Positions 7,983 through 20,083 of a DNA stretch of 64,000 nucleotides are shown here, in pieces (position 1 is the stretch's first letter; every line of letters begins with the position of its first letter). Location of the stretch: contig CAVRGP010000013.1 of the NCBI GenBank assembly GCA_963720755.1, forward strand, positions 64,001 through 128,000, written 5' to 3'. This stretch comes from an uncultured Chloroflexia bacterium. GTDB lineage: Bacteria; Chloroflexota; Limnocylindria; Limnocylindrales; CSP1-4. Below the pieces are notes generated by a model that worked only from the letters and a program-made list of their open reading frames with translations, made no database searches and had not been told where the DNA came from. A program made the translations under genes and the position numbers.

Positions 7983-10091
7983 GTGAGTGACGTCTGGGCA
8001 GGGATCCCGTATCCGCTCGGCGCGACCTACGACGGCTGGGGCACGAACTTCTCGCTCTTCTCGGAGGTGGCCGACCGGGTCGAGCTGTGTCTGTTCGACG
8101 GCGATGGCATCGAGACGCGAGTGGAGATGCCCGAGTCCACGGGCTACGTCTGGCACGCATACATGCCCCAGGTGGTCGGTGGCCAGCTCTACGGCTACCG
8201 CGTCCACGGCCCGTGGGACCCCGGGAACGGGCATCGCTGCAACCCGGCGAAGCTGCTCATGGACCCGTATGCCAAAGCGATCGACGGCCGGGTCGACTGG
8301 GATCCGGCGGTCTTCCCGTACCGGATGGACGACCCCGACGGCGGGCCCGATGGAGCCGACAGCGCCCCGTTCATGCCGCGCTCCGTCGTCATCGACCCGG
8401 CATTCGACTGGGGCGACGACCGTCCGCCACGGCATCCCCCGAGTGCGACCATCCTCTACGAGGTCCACGTCAAGGGGTTCACGGCCCGTCATCCGGCGAT
8501 CCCCGAAGCCCTCCGCGGGACGTACGCGGGACTGGCCCACCCGGTGTCGATCGACTACCTGCACTCGCTCGGCATCACCGCCATCGAGCTCATGCCGGTC
8601 CACCAGTTCATCCACGACGCCGGCCTTGTCGAGCGCGGCCTGCGGAACTACTGGGGCTACAACTCGATCGGCTTCCTGGCGCCGCACAACGGCTACGCCA
8701 ACGATCAGCAGCGCGGCGCCCAGGTGGCTGAGTTCAAGTCGATGGTTCGGGCGATGCACGACGCGGGGATCGAGGTGATCCTCGACGTCGTCTACAACCA
8801 CACGGCGGAAGGCAACCACCTCGGCCCGATGCTCTCGTTCAAGGGCATCGACAACGCCGCCTACTACCGCCTCGTGCCGGATGATCGGCGGCACTACCTC
8901 GATTACACCGGGACCGGCAACACGCTCAACGTCCGGCATCCGCACAGCCTGCAGCTGATCATGGACAGCCTGCGCTACTGGATCCGCGACATGCATGTCG
9001 ATGGGTTCCGGTTCGATCTCGCGGCGGCGCTGGCGCGCGAGCTCCACGACGTCGACCGGCTATCGGCGTTCTTCGATCTCATCCACCAGGACCCCACCGT
9101 GAACCAGGTCAAGCTGATCGCCGAGCCCTGGGACGTCGGCGAGGGTGGCTACCAGGTGGGCAACTTCCCGCCCCAATGGGCCGAATGGAACGGCCGCTAC
9201 CGCGACACGATCCGCGACTTCTGGCGGGGCACGCCGGAGCCACTGGCCGACTTCGGCTACCGCCTCACCGGCAGCTCCGACCTCTACGCGAGCACGGGCC
9301 GGCGGCCGTACGCGAGCATCAACTTCATCACCGCGCACGATGGCTTCACCCTGGCCGACCTCGTCGCGTACGACCAGAAACACAACGACGCCAACGGCGA
9401 GGATGGGCGCGATGGCGAGTCCTACAACCGCTCCTGGAACCACGGCGCCGAGGGACCCACGGACGACGTGGCCATCAACGCCGCGAGAGCGCGGGACCAG
9501 CGCAACTTCCTGGCGACCTTGTTCCTGTCGCAGGGGGTGCCGATGCTCCTTGGCGGCGATGAGATCGGCCGGACCCAGGGCGGCAACAACAACGGCTACG
9601 CGCAGGACAACGAGGTCTCGTGGTTCGACTGGGACGCGATCGACGACGACCTCCTCGACTTCACCCGCCGGCTGATCGCGTTCCGGGTCGACCACCCGGC
9701 CTTCCGCCGCCGGCGCTGGTTCCTGGGGCTCCCGATCCACGGTGTGCAGGCGCGCGAGATCGAGTGGTTCGCCCCCGACGGCAGACCGATGGGCGACGAG
9801 CACTGGCACGACCCGATGGAGCAGGGGATCGGGGTCTTCATCTCCGGCGAGGGCCTGGTCGATATCCACGGCCTGCCCGAGGGCGATGACTCGTTCTTCC
9901 TGGCGTTCAACCCGCATCCTGACCAGCGGGCCTTCGTCCTGCCCGACCCGGGACACATCAGTGGGTGGCGCGTGTGCCTCGATACCGCGGCGGCCCAGCC
10001 GTTCCCGGTGCGCGGCCGTACGGTCCTGCCCGGGAAACGGCGCAAGGTCGCCGGACACTCCGTGGTCGTCCTGCGGGGTGTACCCGTTTGA
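7983..10091 (+). CDS. glgX: Glycogen debranching enzyme (isoamylase-type GH13)
   Basis: NYWGYN, DVVYNHTAEG, DGFRFDLA, IAEPWD, FITAHDGFTL. Confidence 0.96.
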   Translation: MSDVWAGIPYPLGATYDGWGTNFSLFSEVADRVELCLFDGDGIETRVEMPESTGYVWHAYMPQVVGGQLYGYRVHGPWDPGNGHRCNPAKLLMDPYAKAIDGRVDWDPAVFPYRMDDPDGGPDGADSAPFMPRSVVIDPAFDWGDDRPPRHPPSATILYEVHVKGFTARHPAIPEALRGTYAGLAHPVSIDYLHSLGITAIELMPVHQFIHDAGLVERGLRNYWGYNSIGFLAPHNGYANDQQRGAQVAEFKSMVRAMHDAGIEVILDVVYNHTAEGNHLGPMLSFKGIDNAAYYRLVPDDRRHYLDYTGTGNTLNVRHPHSLQLIMDSLRYWIRDMHVDGFRFDLAAALARELHDVDRLSAFFDLIHQDPTVNQVKLIAEPWDVGEGGYQVGNFPPQWAEWNGRYRDTIRDFWRGTPEPLADFGYRLTGSSDLYASTGRRPYASINFITAHDGFTLADLVAYDQKHNDANGEDGRDGESYNRSWNHGAEGPTDDVAINAARARDQRNFLATLFLSQGVPMLLGGDEIGRTQGGNNNGYAQDNEVSWFDWDAIDDDLLDFTRRLIAFRVDHPAFRRRRWFLGLPIHGVQAREIEWFAPDGRPMGDEHWHDPMEQGIGVFISGEGLVDIHGLPEGDDSFFLAFNPHPDQRAFVLPDPGHISGWRVCLDTAAAQPFPVRGRTVLPGKRRKVAGHSVVVLRGVPV

Positions 10092-12781
10092 TGGGGCAGT
10101 CGCCGCGGGGTATGCGCTCATCACCGCGGGCGACCTACCGCGTCCAGTTGCGACCGTCGTTCGATCTCGAGGCCGCAGGCGAGGTCGCCCCCTACCTCGA
10201 ACGTCTCGGGATCAGCCACGTGTACATGTCGCCGATCCTCCAGGCCGCCCCCGGCAGCGACCACGGCTACGACGTCGTCGACCCGCACCGGGTCAGCAGC
10301 GAGCTTGGTGGCGAGGTCGCCCACCAGCAGTTCAGTCGAAGACTGGGCCGACACCACCTCGGCCAGATCATCGACATCGTGCCCAACCACATGGCGATCT
10401 CCGGGCCGGAGAACCCGTGGTGGTGGGACGTCCTGGAAAACGGGCCGGCCAGCCGGTACGCGCCGTACTTCGACGTGGACTGGGACCCACCCGAATCGTA
10501 TCTGCGGAACACGGTCCTCCTGCCGATCCTGGACGACCACTACGGTCGAGTCCTCGAGGCGGGTGGCCTGCGCATCGAGCGCGATGCCGGATCGTTCGTC
10601 CTGACCTACGGCGAGCACCGTCTGCCGATCGCGCCGCCTGCCGCCGCCGATCTGGTGACGGCGGCCGGTCGACGGTGCGGATCGGATGACCTGGTCTTCA
10701 TCGGCGGTGCCCTCGGCCGGCTCCCGCCATCGACCGCAGTCGATCGCGGGAGCCTCGACCGGCGCCATCGCGACAAGGAGGTCCTGCGCGCCCAGCTGGC
10801 TCGACTCGCGACCGAGCATGCGGAGGTCGCTCGCGCCCTCGATGAGCTGATCGCCGAGACGAACGTGGACCCCGATGCGCTTGACGTCATCCTCGATCGT
10901 CAGAACTATCGGATCGCCTACTGGCGGGCGGCTGGCCGCGATCTCGGGTACCGCCAATTCTTCGATGTGACCGGTCTGATCGGGATCCGGATCGAGGATC
11001 CGGATGTCTTCGCCGACACCCACGCACTGGTCCTCCGGTGGATCCGCGAGGGCGTCATCGACGGTCTGCGGGTCGATCACCCCGACGGTCTGCGCGATCC
11101 GGCCGGCTACTTCCGCACGCTCCGCGCCGCGACGCCCGACGGCTGGATCGTCGCGGAGAAGATCCTCCAGGTCGGCGAGGACCTTCCGGGCGACTGGCCG
11201 ATCGACGGGACGACCGGATACGAATTCCTCAACCTCGTTGGCGGTCTGTTCGTCGATCCGGGGGCGGAGGAGGCCATGACCCGGACCTATCAGGCGTTCA
11301 GTGGCCTCGACGACGACTTCGAGGCGGTGGTCCGGGCATCCAAGCTGGTCGTGCTGCACGACAACCTCGGGAGCGAACTCAATCGACTGACCGCGCTCCT
11401 CCTCGAGATCTGCGAGTCCCATCGACGCCAGCGGGACTACACCCGACACGATTGTCACGAGGTCCTGCGCGAGCTGGCGGTCAGCTTCCCGCGCTACCGG
11501 ACCTACGTCCAGGCCGATGACGGTCTCATCGGAGCGGAGGATGTGGCGACGATCAGGGCGGCGGTCGACGACGCGATCGCAGCCCGCCCCGATGTCGATG
11601 CGGATCTGTTCGAGTTCGTCCACGAGATCCTGACCCTTCGCGTGACCGGCCGGCGCGAGACCGGCTTCGTGATGCGCTTCCAGCAGCTCACCGGCGCCGT
11701 CATGGCCAAGGGCGTGGAGGACACGGCGTTCTACCGGTATCACCGCCTCACCGCACTCAACGATGTGGGTGGGGATCCGACCCGGTTCGGGGTCAGCCCA
11801 TCGGCGTTCCACGCGGCGAACGCGGCTCGTCGATCCGCGTGGCCGGACGCGATGCTGACCACGAGCACGCACGACACGAAGCGCGCGGAGGACGTCCGGG
11901 TGCGGATCGCCGCGTTGTCCGAGATGCCCGCGGCCTGGGCGGCAGCGGTCGATCGGTGGTCGAAGCGTCTCGGCCGATACCGGACCGGCGACGTTCCGGA
12001 TCGAAACACCGAGTACCTCATGTACCAGACCCTGATCGGAGCGTGGCCGATCGAGCCGGAGCGACTGGAGGCGTTCCTCTTGAAGGCCGTCCGCGAGGCG
12101 AAGGTCCACACCTCGTGGTCCACGCCCGACGACGAGTACGAGACGGCCCTCCGAACCTTCGCGACATCGGCCCTGCGCGACCCGGTCTTCATCGCCGACG
12201 TCGAGGCCTTCCTTCCGCCGCTGGTCGCCGCCGGTCGGATCAACTCCATCGCCCAGGAGCTCCTCAAGCTGACGGTCCCCGGTGTTCCCGACATCTACCA
12301 GGGCACCGACCTGTGGGATCTCAGCCTGGTCGATCCCGACAATCGCCGGCCCGTTGACTTCGCCCGCCGCATGCGGCTGCTCGACACCTTCGTCGGCGCG
12401 TCCCCGGAGGAGATCCTGGCCGGGATGGACGAGGGGGCTCCAAAGCTCTGGGTGATCGCCAGGACGCTGGATCTCCGCCGCCGCCGCCCGGAACTGTTCG
12501 ATCGACGGGGCACCTACCGGCCGATCGCGGCCACGGGTCGACGAGCCGGGAACGTCGTCGCCTTCGCTCGCGGGCGTGGCCTCGTCGCCGTCGTCCCCCG
12601 ACTGACCGCTGGGCTCGGTGGCGAGTGGGGCGCGACACGTCTCCCCTTGCCGGTCGGGCGGTGGACGAACCTGCTGAGCGGCGATGGGTCGGCGCCCGTG
12701 ACCGGCCGACCGCGCATCGCCGACCTCCTCGAACGATTCCCGGTCGCCCTGCTGGAAGCCGTGGGACCTGACGAGCCGTGA
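10091..12781 (+). CDS. treY: Malto-oligosyltrehalose synthase
   Basis: PRATYRVQL, HGYDVVD, GLRVDHPDGL, STHDTKRAED, LVDPDNRRPVD; TGATG coupling to glgX. Confidence 0.95.
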   Translation: MGQSPRGMRSSPRATYRVQLRPSFDLEAAGEVAPYLERLGISHVYMSPILQAAPGSDHGYDVVDPHRVSSELGGEVAHQQFSRRLGRHHLGQIIDIVPNHMAISGPENPWWWDVLENGPASRYAPYFDVDWDPPESYLRNTVLLPILDDHYGRVLEAGGLRIERDAGSFVLTYGEHRLPIAPPAAADLVTAAGRRCGSDDLVFIGGALGRLPPSTAVDRGSLDRRHRDKEVLRAQLARLATEHAEVARALDELIAETNVDPDALDVILDRQNYRIAYWRAAGRDLGYRQFFDVTGLIGIRIEDPDVFADTHALVLRWIREGVIDGLRVDHPDGLRDPAGYFRTLRAATPDGWIVAEKILQVGEDLPGDWPIDGTTGYEFLNLVGGLFVDPGAEEAMTRTYQAFSGLDDDFEAVVRASKLVVLHDNLGSELNRLTALLLEICESHRRQRDYTRHDCHEVLRELAVSFPRYRTYVQADDGLIGAEDVATIRAAVDDAIAARPDVDADLFEFVHEILTLRVTGRRETGFVMRFQQLTGAVMAKGVEDTAFYRYHRLTALNDVGGDPTRFGVSPSAFHAANAARRSAWPDAMLTTSTHDTKRAEDVRVRIAALSEMPAAWAAAVDRWSKRLGRYRTGDVPDRNTEYLMYQTLIGAWPIEPERLEAFLLKAVREAKVHTSWSTPDDEYETALRTFATSALRDPVFIADVEAFLPPLVAAGRINSIAQELLKLTVPGVPDIYQGTDLWDLSLVDPDNRRPVDFARRMRLLDTFVGASPEEILAGMDEGAPKLWVIARTLDLRRRRPELFDRRGTYRPIAATGRRAGNVVAFARGRGLVAVVPRLTAGLGGEWGATRLPLPVGRWTNLLSGDGSAPVTGRPRIADLLERFPVALLEAVGPDEP

Positions 12782-14568
12782 GGCGACCAGGAGGGGCGAT
12801 GGTCGTCCGCGTGTGGGCACCACTGGCCCGGGCCGTCGACCTCGTGGTGGGTCCGGATCGGGAGACCGAGCGACGGACCATGTCGGCGGCCGACGACGGC
12901 TGGTGGGAAGGGGTCTGGCCCGATGTGACCGCCGGGACCGACTATCGCTTCTCGCTGGATGGAGGTCGGCCGATCCCCGATCCACGGTCCGCCTGGCAGC
13001 CGACCGGCGTCCACGGACCATCCCGACTCGTCGACCCGGCTGCCGCCACCTGGAGCGACGATGCGTGGCATCCCGGTCCGCTCTCCGACGCGCTGATCTA
13101 CGAGCTCCACGTGGGGACGTTCAGCCCAGAAGGGACATTCGATGGCGCCATCGGCCGGCTCGACCACCTCGTGTCCCTCGGGGTCAGCCACGTCGAAGTC
13201 ATGCCGGTCAACGCGTTCCCGGGCGTGCATGGGTGGGGTTACGACGGCGTGGCTCTCTACGCGGTCCACGAGCCGTACGGTGGACCGGATGGATTGCGCC
13301 GCTTCGTCGACGCCTGTCACGTCCGGGGCCTCGCGGTCGTGCTGGACGTCGTCTATAACCACCTGGGCCCGGATGGCAACTACCTGGGGCAGTACGGGCC
13401 ATACCAGACGGATCGCTACCGGACCCCGTGGGGCGAGGCCATCAACCTGGACGGGCCTGGTAGCGACGAGGTCCGCCGGTTCATCGTCGACAACGCGATC
13501 GGCTGGCTGCGGGACTACCACATCGACGGGCTCCGGATCGATGCGGTCCACGCCCTGTTCGATGCGTCCGCGACGCACATCCTCGAAGAGCTGGCGAGCG
13601 AGGTCGGCGAACTGTCGGGCGAGCTCGGGCGGGACCTCGTCCTCATCGTCGAGAGCGATCTCAACGATCCGCGCCTGGTCCGCGCCGCCGCCCGCGGTGG
13701 CTACGGCATCGACGCCTCGTGGTCGGACGATCTCCATCACGCCATCCATGTCGCGCTGACCGGGGAGCGCGGCGGGTACTACGAGGATTTCGTCGGCGCG
13801 CCCGATATCGTCCGGGCGATGACCGAGGTGTACGTCTACGCGGGTCGGTATTCGGTCCATCGCCGCCGCCGCCATGGTCGTCCGGCCGACGGGCTCGAAC
13901 CGGGTCGGTTCATCGGCTTCAGCCAGAACCACGACCAGGTCGGCAACCGGGCACTGGGTGAGCGGCTGGCCCATCTCGCGGGACTCGACGCGGCCAGGAT
14001 CGCGGCCACGCTCGTGCTGGCGGGCCCGTTCGTGCCACTCCTGTTCCAGGGCGAGGAATGGGCGGCCTCTAGCCCGTTCCAATTCTTCACCGACCACCAG
14101 GATCCGGATCTCGCCCGGGCCGTGGGCGATGGCCGCAAGCGCGAGTTCGCCGCGTTCGGCTGGCAGCCCGACCAGGTGCCTGACCCGAACGACGTGGCGA
14201 CGTTCACCCGATCGCGCCTGGACTGGACCGAGATCGAGGTCGAGCCGCACGCCTCGATGGTCGCCTGGTATCGGCGGCTGATCGAGCTTCGCCGGGGGCT
14301 CCCGGGCCTGCGCGATGGTCGACGACCGACCGTCCGGGCCGATCTCGATGCCGGCTGGTTCGTCCTCGACCGGGATGCCGTGTCGGTCTACGTGAACCTT
14401 GGCCCGGTCGCGGCGACCGTTCCGCCGCCGGATCCATGGCACGGGACCCGGGCGGACGTGGTCGCCGGGTCGCGCTCCGGCGTCGAGGCCACGACCGGCG
14501 GGATCATCCTGCCGGCGCGGAGCGCGGCGATCGTGGTCCCCGACGGGTCGGCGTCGACTCGGGTTTGA
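12778..14568 (+). CDS. treZ: Malto-oligosyltrehalose trehalohydrolase
   Basis: YELHVGTF, WGYDGV, GLRIDAVHA, QNHDQVGNR. Confidence 0.95.
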   Translation: MRRPGGAMVVRVWAPLARAVDLVVGPDRETERRTMSAADDGWWEGVWPDVTAGTDYRFSLDGGRPIPDPRSAWQPTGVHGPSRLVDPAAATWSDDAWHPGPLSDALIYELHVGTFSPEGTFDGAIGRLDHLVSLGVSHVEVMPVNAFPGVHGWGYDGVALYAVHEPYGGPDGLRRFVDACHVRGLAVVLDVVYNHLGPDGNYLGQYGPYQTDRYRTPWGEAINLDGPGSDEVRRFIVDNAIGWLRDYHIDGLRIDAVHALFDASATHILEELASEVGELSGELGRDLVLIVESDLNDPRLVRAAARGGYGIDASWSDDLHHAIHVALTGERGGYYEDFVGAPDIVRAMTEVYVYAGRYSVHRRRRHGRPADGLEPGRFIGFSQNHDQVGNRALGERLAHLAGLDAARIAATLVLAGPFVPLLFQGEEWAASSPFQFFTDHQDPDLARAVGDGRKREFAAFGWQPDQVPDPNDVATFTRSRLDWTEIEVEPHASMVAWYRRLIELRRGLPGLRDGRRPTVRADLDAGWFVLDRDAVSVYVNLGPVAATVPPPDPWHGTRADVVAGSRSGVEATTGGIILPARSAAIVVPDGSASTRV

Positions 14569-14598
14569 CACTCTCGCGCGGCACGGCATAGGGTCACG
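14560..14598 (+). promoter_or_regulatory. Internal promoter upstream of glgE
   Basis: TTGACA(14565)-N18-TAGGGT(14589); flanks match the glgX promoter. Confidence 0.55.
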
Positions 14599-14606
14599 GG
14601 GACGCT

Positions 14607-16702
<2,096 letters not shown>

Positions 16703-16703
<1 letters not shown>

Positions 16704-19700
16704 TGGCCACCACCTCGAAGCCGCGCGCTCGCCAGCCACGGGCCGCGGCAAGTGCACCGATCGGTCGGGAACCGCTCTGGTACAAGGACGCCGTCATCTA
16801 CGAGGTCCCGGTCCGCGCGTTCCGCGACAGTGATGCCGACGGCATCGGCGATTTCCGAGGCCTCACCGAGAAGCTCGACTACATCCGCGACCTTGGCGTC
16901 ACCGCGATCTGGGTCCTCCCCTTCTACCCGTCTCCGCTCCGGGACGATGGCTATGACATCGCCGACTTCACCAGCGTCCACCCGAGTTACGGGACCCTGC
17001 GCGACGTCAAGACGTTCATCAAGGCCGCCCACGCCCGTGGGCTTCGGGTCATCACCGAGCTCGTCTGCAACCACACCTCGGACCAGCACGCCTGGTTCCA
17101 GCGGGCGCGACTGGCCAAGCCGGGCAGTTCCGCCCGGGACTTCTACGTCTGGAGCGACACGCCCGATCGGTATGCCGACGCACGGATCATCTTCACCGAC
17201 ACGGAGACGTCCAACTGGACCTGGGACCCGGTGGCGGGTGCGTACTACTGGCACCGCTTCTTCTCGCATCAACCGGACCTGAACTACGACAACCCTGCCG
17301 TCCACGAAGCCATCTTCAAGACCATGGACTTCTGGCTCGGGATGGGGGTCGATGGCCTGCGCCTGGACGCGATCCCGTACCTCTACGAGCGGGACGGGAC
17401 GAACTGCGAGAACCTCCCCGAGACCCACGCGTTCCTGCGCAAGCTGCGGACGCACGTCGATCGCGAGTTCCCGGACCGGATGCTGCTGGCCGAGGCGAAC
17501 CAGTGGCCCGAAGACTCGGTGGCCTACTTCGGGGATGGCGACGAATGCAACATGGCCTTCCACTTCCCGGTCATGCCCCGAATGTTCATGGCGGTCCGGA
17601 TGGAGGACCGCCTGCCCATCGTGGACATCCTCGAACAGACACCCGCCATCCCCGAGAATGCCCAGTGGGCGATGTTCCTGCGGAACCACGATGAGTTGAC
17701 CCTCGAGATGGTCACCGACGAGGAGCGCGACTACATGTACCGAGCCTATGCCTACGACCCGCAGATGCGGGTGAACGTGGGCATCCGGCGTCGGCTCAGC
17801 CCTCTCCTCGGCAACAACCGGCGACGGATCGAGCTGATGAACGGGCTGCTGTTCTCCATGCCCGGCACCCCGGTCCTGTACTACGGCGATGAGATCGGGA
17901 TGGGCGACAACGTGTTCGTCGGAGACCGAAACGGGATGCGGACCCCGATGCAATGGAACGGCGATCGCAACGCCGGGTTCAGCAGCGCGAACCAGCAGCA
18001 GCTGTACCTGCCCGTGATCGTCGATCCCGAGTATCGATACGAGGCGGTCAACGTCGAGGTCCAGCAGGCGAACTCGCAGTCGCTCCTGTGGTGGATGAAG
18101 CGTTTGATCGACCTGCGCAAGCGCCACCCTGCCTTCAGTCGCGGCACCCTCGAATTCGTCCATCCGGAGAACCATCGGATCCTGGCGTTCATCCGCCGCT
18201 ACGAGGGTCAGACCATCCTGGTCGTCGCCAACCTGTCGCGGTTCGTCCAGCCCGTCGAACTCGACCTGGCATCGCTCAGCGGGTCGGTCCCGATCGAACT
18301 CATGGGGCGCGTGGAATTCCCGCCGATCGGCGAGTCGCCGTACTTCCTGGCGCTCGGCCCGCATGCCTTCATGTGGTTCTCGCTCGAGATGCCCGTGGTC
18401 GAGACGGGTGACGGCCCCGCGAACGCCCCGAAGGAGCTGCCGACCCTGCCGGCGGCGGATTCGATCGTCGAACTGCTGCACGGGAGTCGCGGGGCCGCGG
18501 TCATGGCGATCGTCGGCGAATGGATCCGCGATCGCCGCTGGTTCCGAAGCCGGACTCGACGGATCAAGACGATCCGGATCCATGACGTCGTGCCGGTCCC
18601 GGTCGGGGAGCGGACGGCCGCTGTGGTCCTGGCCGACGTGGAGTACACGGATGGCGATCCCGAGTCGTACCTGATCCCGCTGACCCTGATGAGCGATCGA
18701 GAGGCTGCCCCGATCCTGACGGCTACCCCGCACGCCGCGATCGCGAGGCTCCGGCCCGCCGACGGTCGCCGGACGGGCACGGTCCTGCTCGACGCCACGC
18801 TCGATCCGGCCTTCATGACCGCGATCCTGCGGTTGATCGGCCGCCGGCGTCGGCTACGTGGCCGATCTGGCGAGCTCGTCGGTCATGCCGAGAAGACGTT
18901 CCGCACCATCGTCGGCCCCGAAGCCGCGATCGCGACGCCGGTCCCGATCCGGGGTGAGCAGAGCAACACCTCTGTCATCTTCGGCGACCAGTCGATCCTG
19001 AAGTTGTACCGGGTGACCCAGCCCGGGCTGCATCCCGACGTCGAGATCGGCCGGGTCCTGACCGAACGTGGGTTCGCGCAGACGCCGGCCGTGGCCGGCT
19101 CGATGGACTATCGGCCCGATCAAGGGACGGCGTCGACCGCGGTGATCGTGAACGCCTTCGAGCCGAACCAGGGCAATCTGTTCGTGCACACGCTGGCGGA
19201 ACTGAGCGGGTTCTTCGAACGCGCCGCAGCGGATCCGAATCGGATGGATGGCGACAGTCTCGATCCTGCCAGCCTGCTCGTGGCCGCCCGGACCGACCCG
19301 CCCGCCGAGGTCCTGGACGCGATCGATGCCTACCTGCCGACCGCCCGCCTCGCCGGTGTCCGGACCGGCGAGTTGCATCGCACCCTCGCCGGCGTCACGG
19401 ATGACCGCGCCTTCGCGCCAGAGCCCTTCAGCGAGCTGTACCAGCGATCGCTCTATCAATCGATCAGCGGGTCGACGCGGCGTGCCCTGGATCTCCTCGC
19501 CCGGCGCCGGGGCGATCTGTCGGACGCGGCAGCTCTCGACGCGGCCCAGATCCTCGAGCGACGGGATGTCGTCGATGGTCGCCTGCGGGCGCTGCTCGAT
19601 CACAAGTTCGACGGGCAACGGATCCGGATCCACGGCGACCTGCACGCCGAGCAGATCCTGTATGCCGGTCGGGACCTGATCATCATCGACTTCGAAGGCG

Positions 19701-20083
19701 AGCCGACCCGCCCGCTCAGTGAGCGTCGTCTCCGACGGTCGGCGCTCCGCGATGTCGCCGGCATGCTTCGCTCGTTCCACTACGCAAGCTACGGCTCGCT
19801 GCTTCGTCCGGACATGGGCGCGGAGATCCGGGCCGAGGATGTCGAAGCGCTCGAAGGCTGGGTCCGCACCTGGAACCGCTGGGTCGGGGCCACGTTCCTG
19901 GCCGGCTACCGCGAGGCGACGGATGGTGCCTCGTTCCTGCCGACGGACGATCGGGAGTGGGCCACCCTTCTCGACGCGTTCCTGCTCGAAAAGGCCTGCT
20001 ATGAACTTGGCTACGAGTTGAACAACCGGCCGGCCTGGGTCGCGATCCCGATCCGAGGGATCCTCCAGCTGCTGGGCGGATGA
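16703..20083 (+). CDS. treS: Trehalose synthase fused to maltokinase (TreS-Mak/Pep2)
   Basis: [20 protein letters not shown] and [11 protein letters not shown] (TreS) followed by EQSNTS, RIHGDLH, IDFEGEP and YELNNRP (maltokinase); TGATG coupling to glgE. Confidence 0.95.

Noticed and set aside
7329-9047. 572-aa ORF apparently fusing a long N-terminus to SodN (similarly 37561-41214 for GlgP, 3099-4166 for MarR and 15917-20083 for TreS)
   Set aside because: The extensions overlap real neighbouring genes; internal starts with an RBS, -10 box or stop-start coupling explain the true proteins
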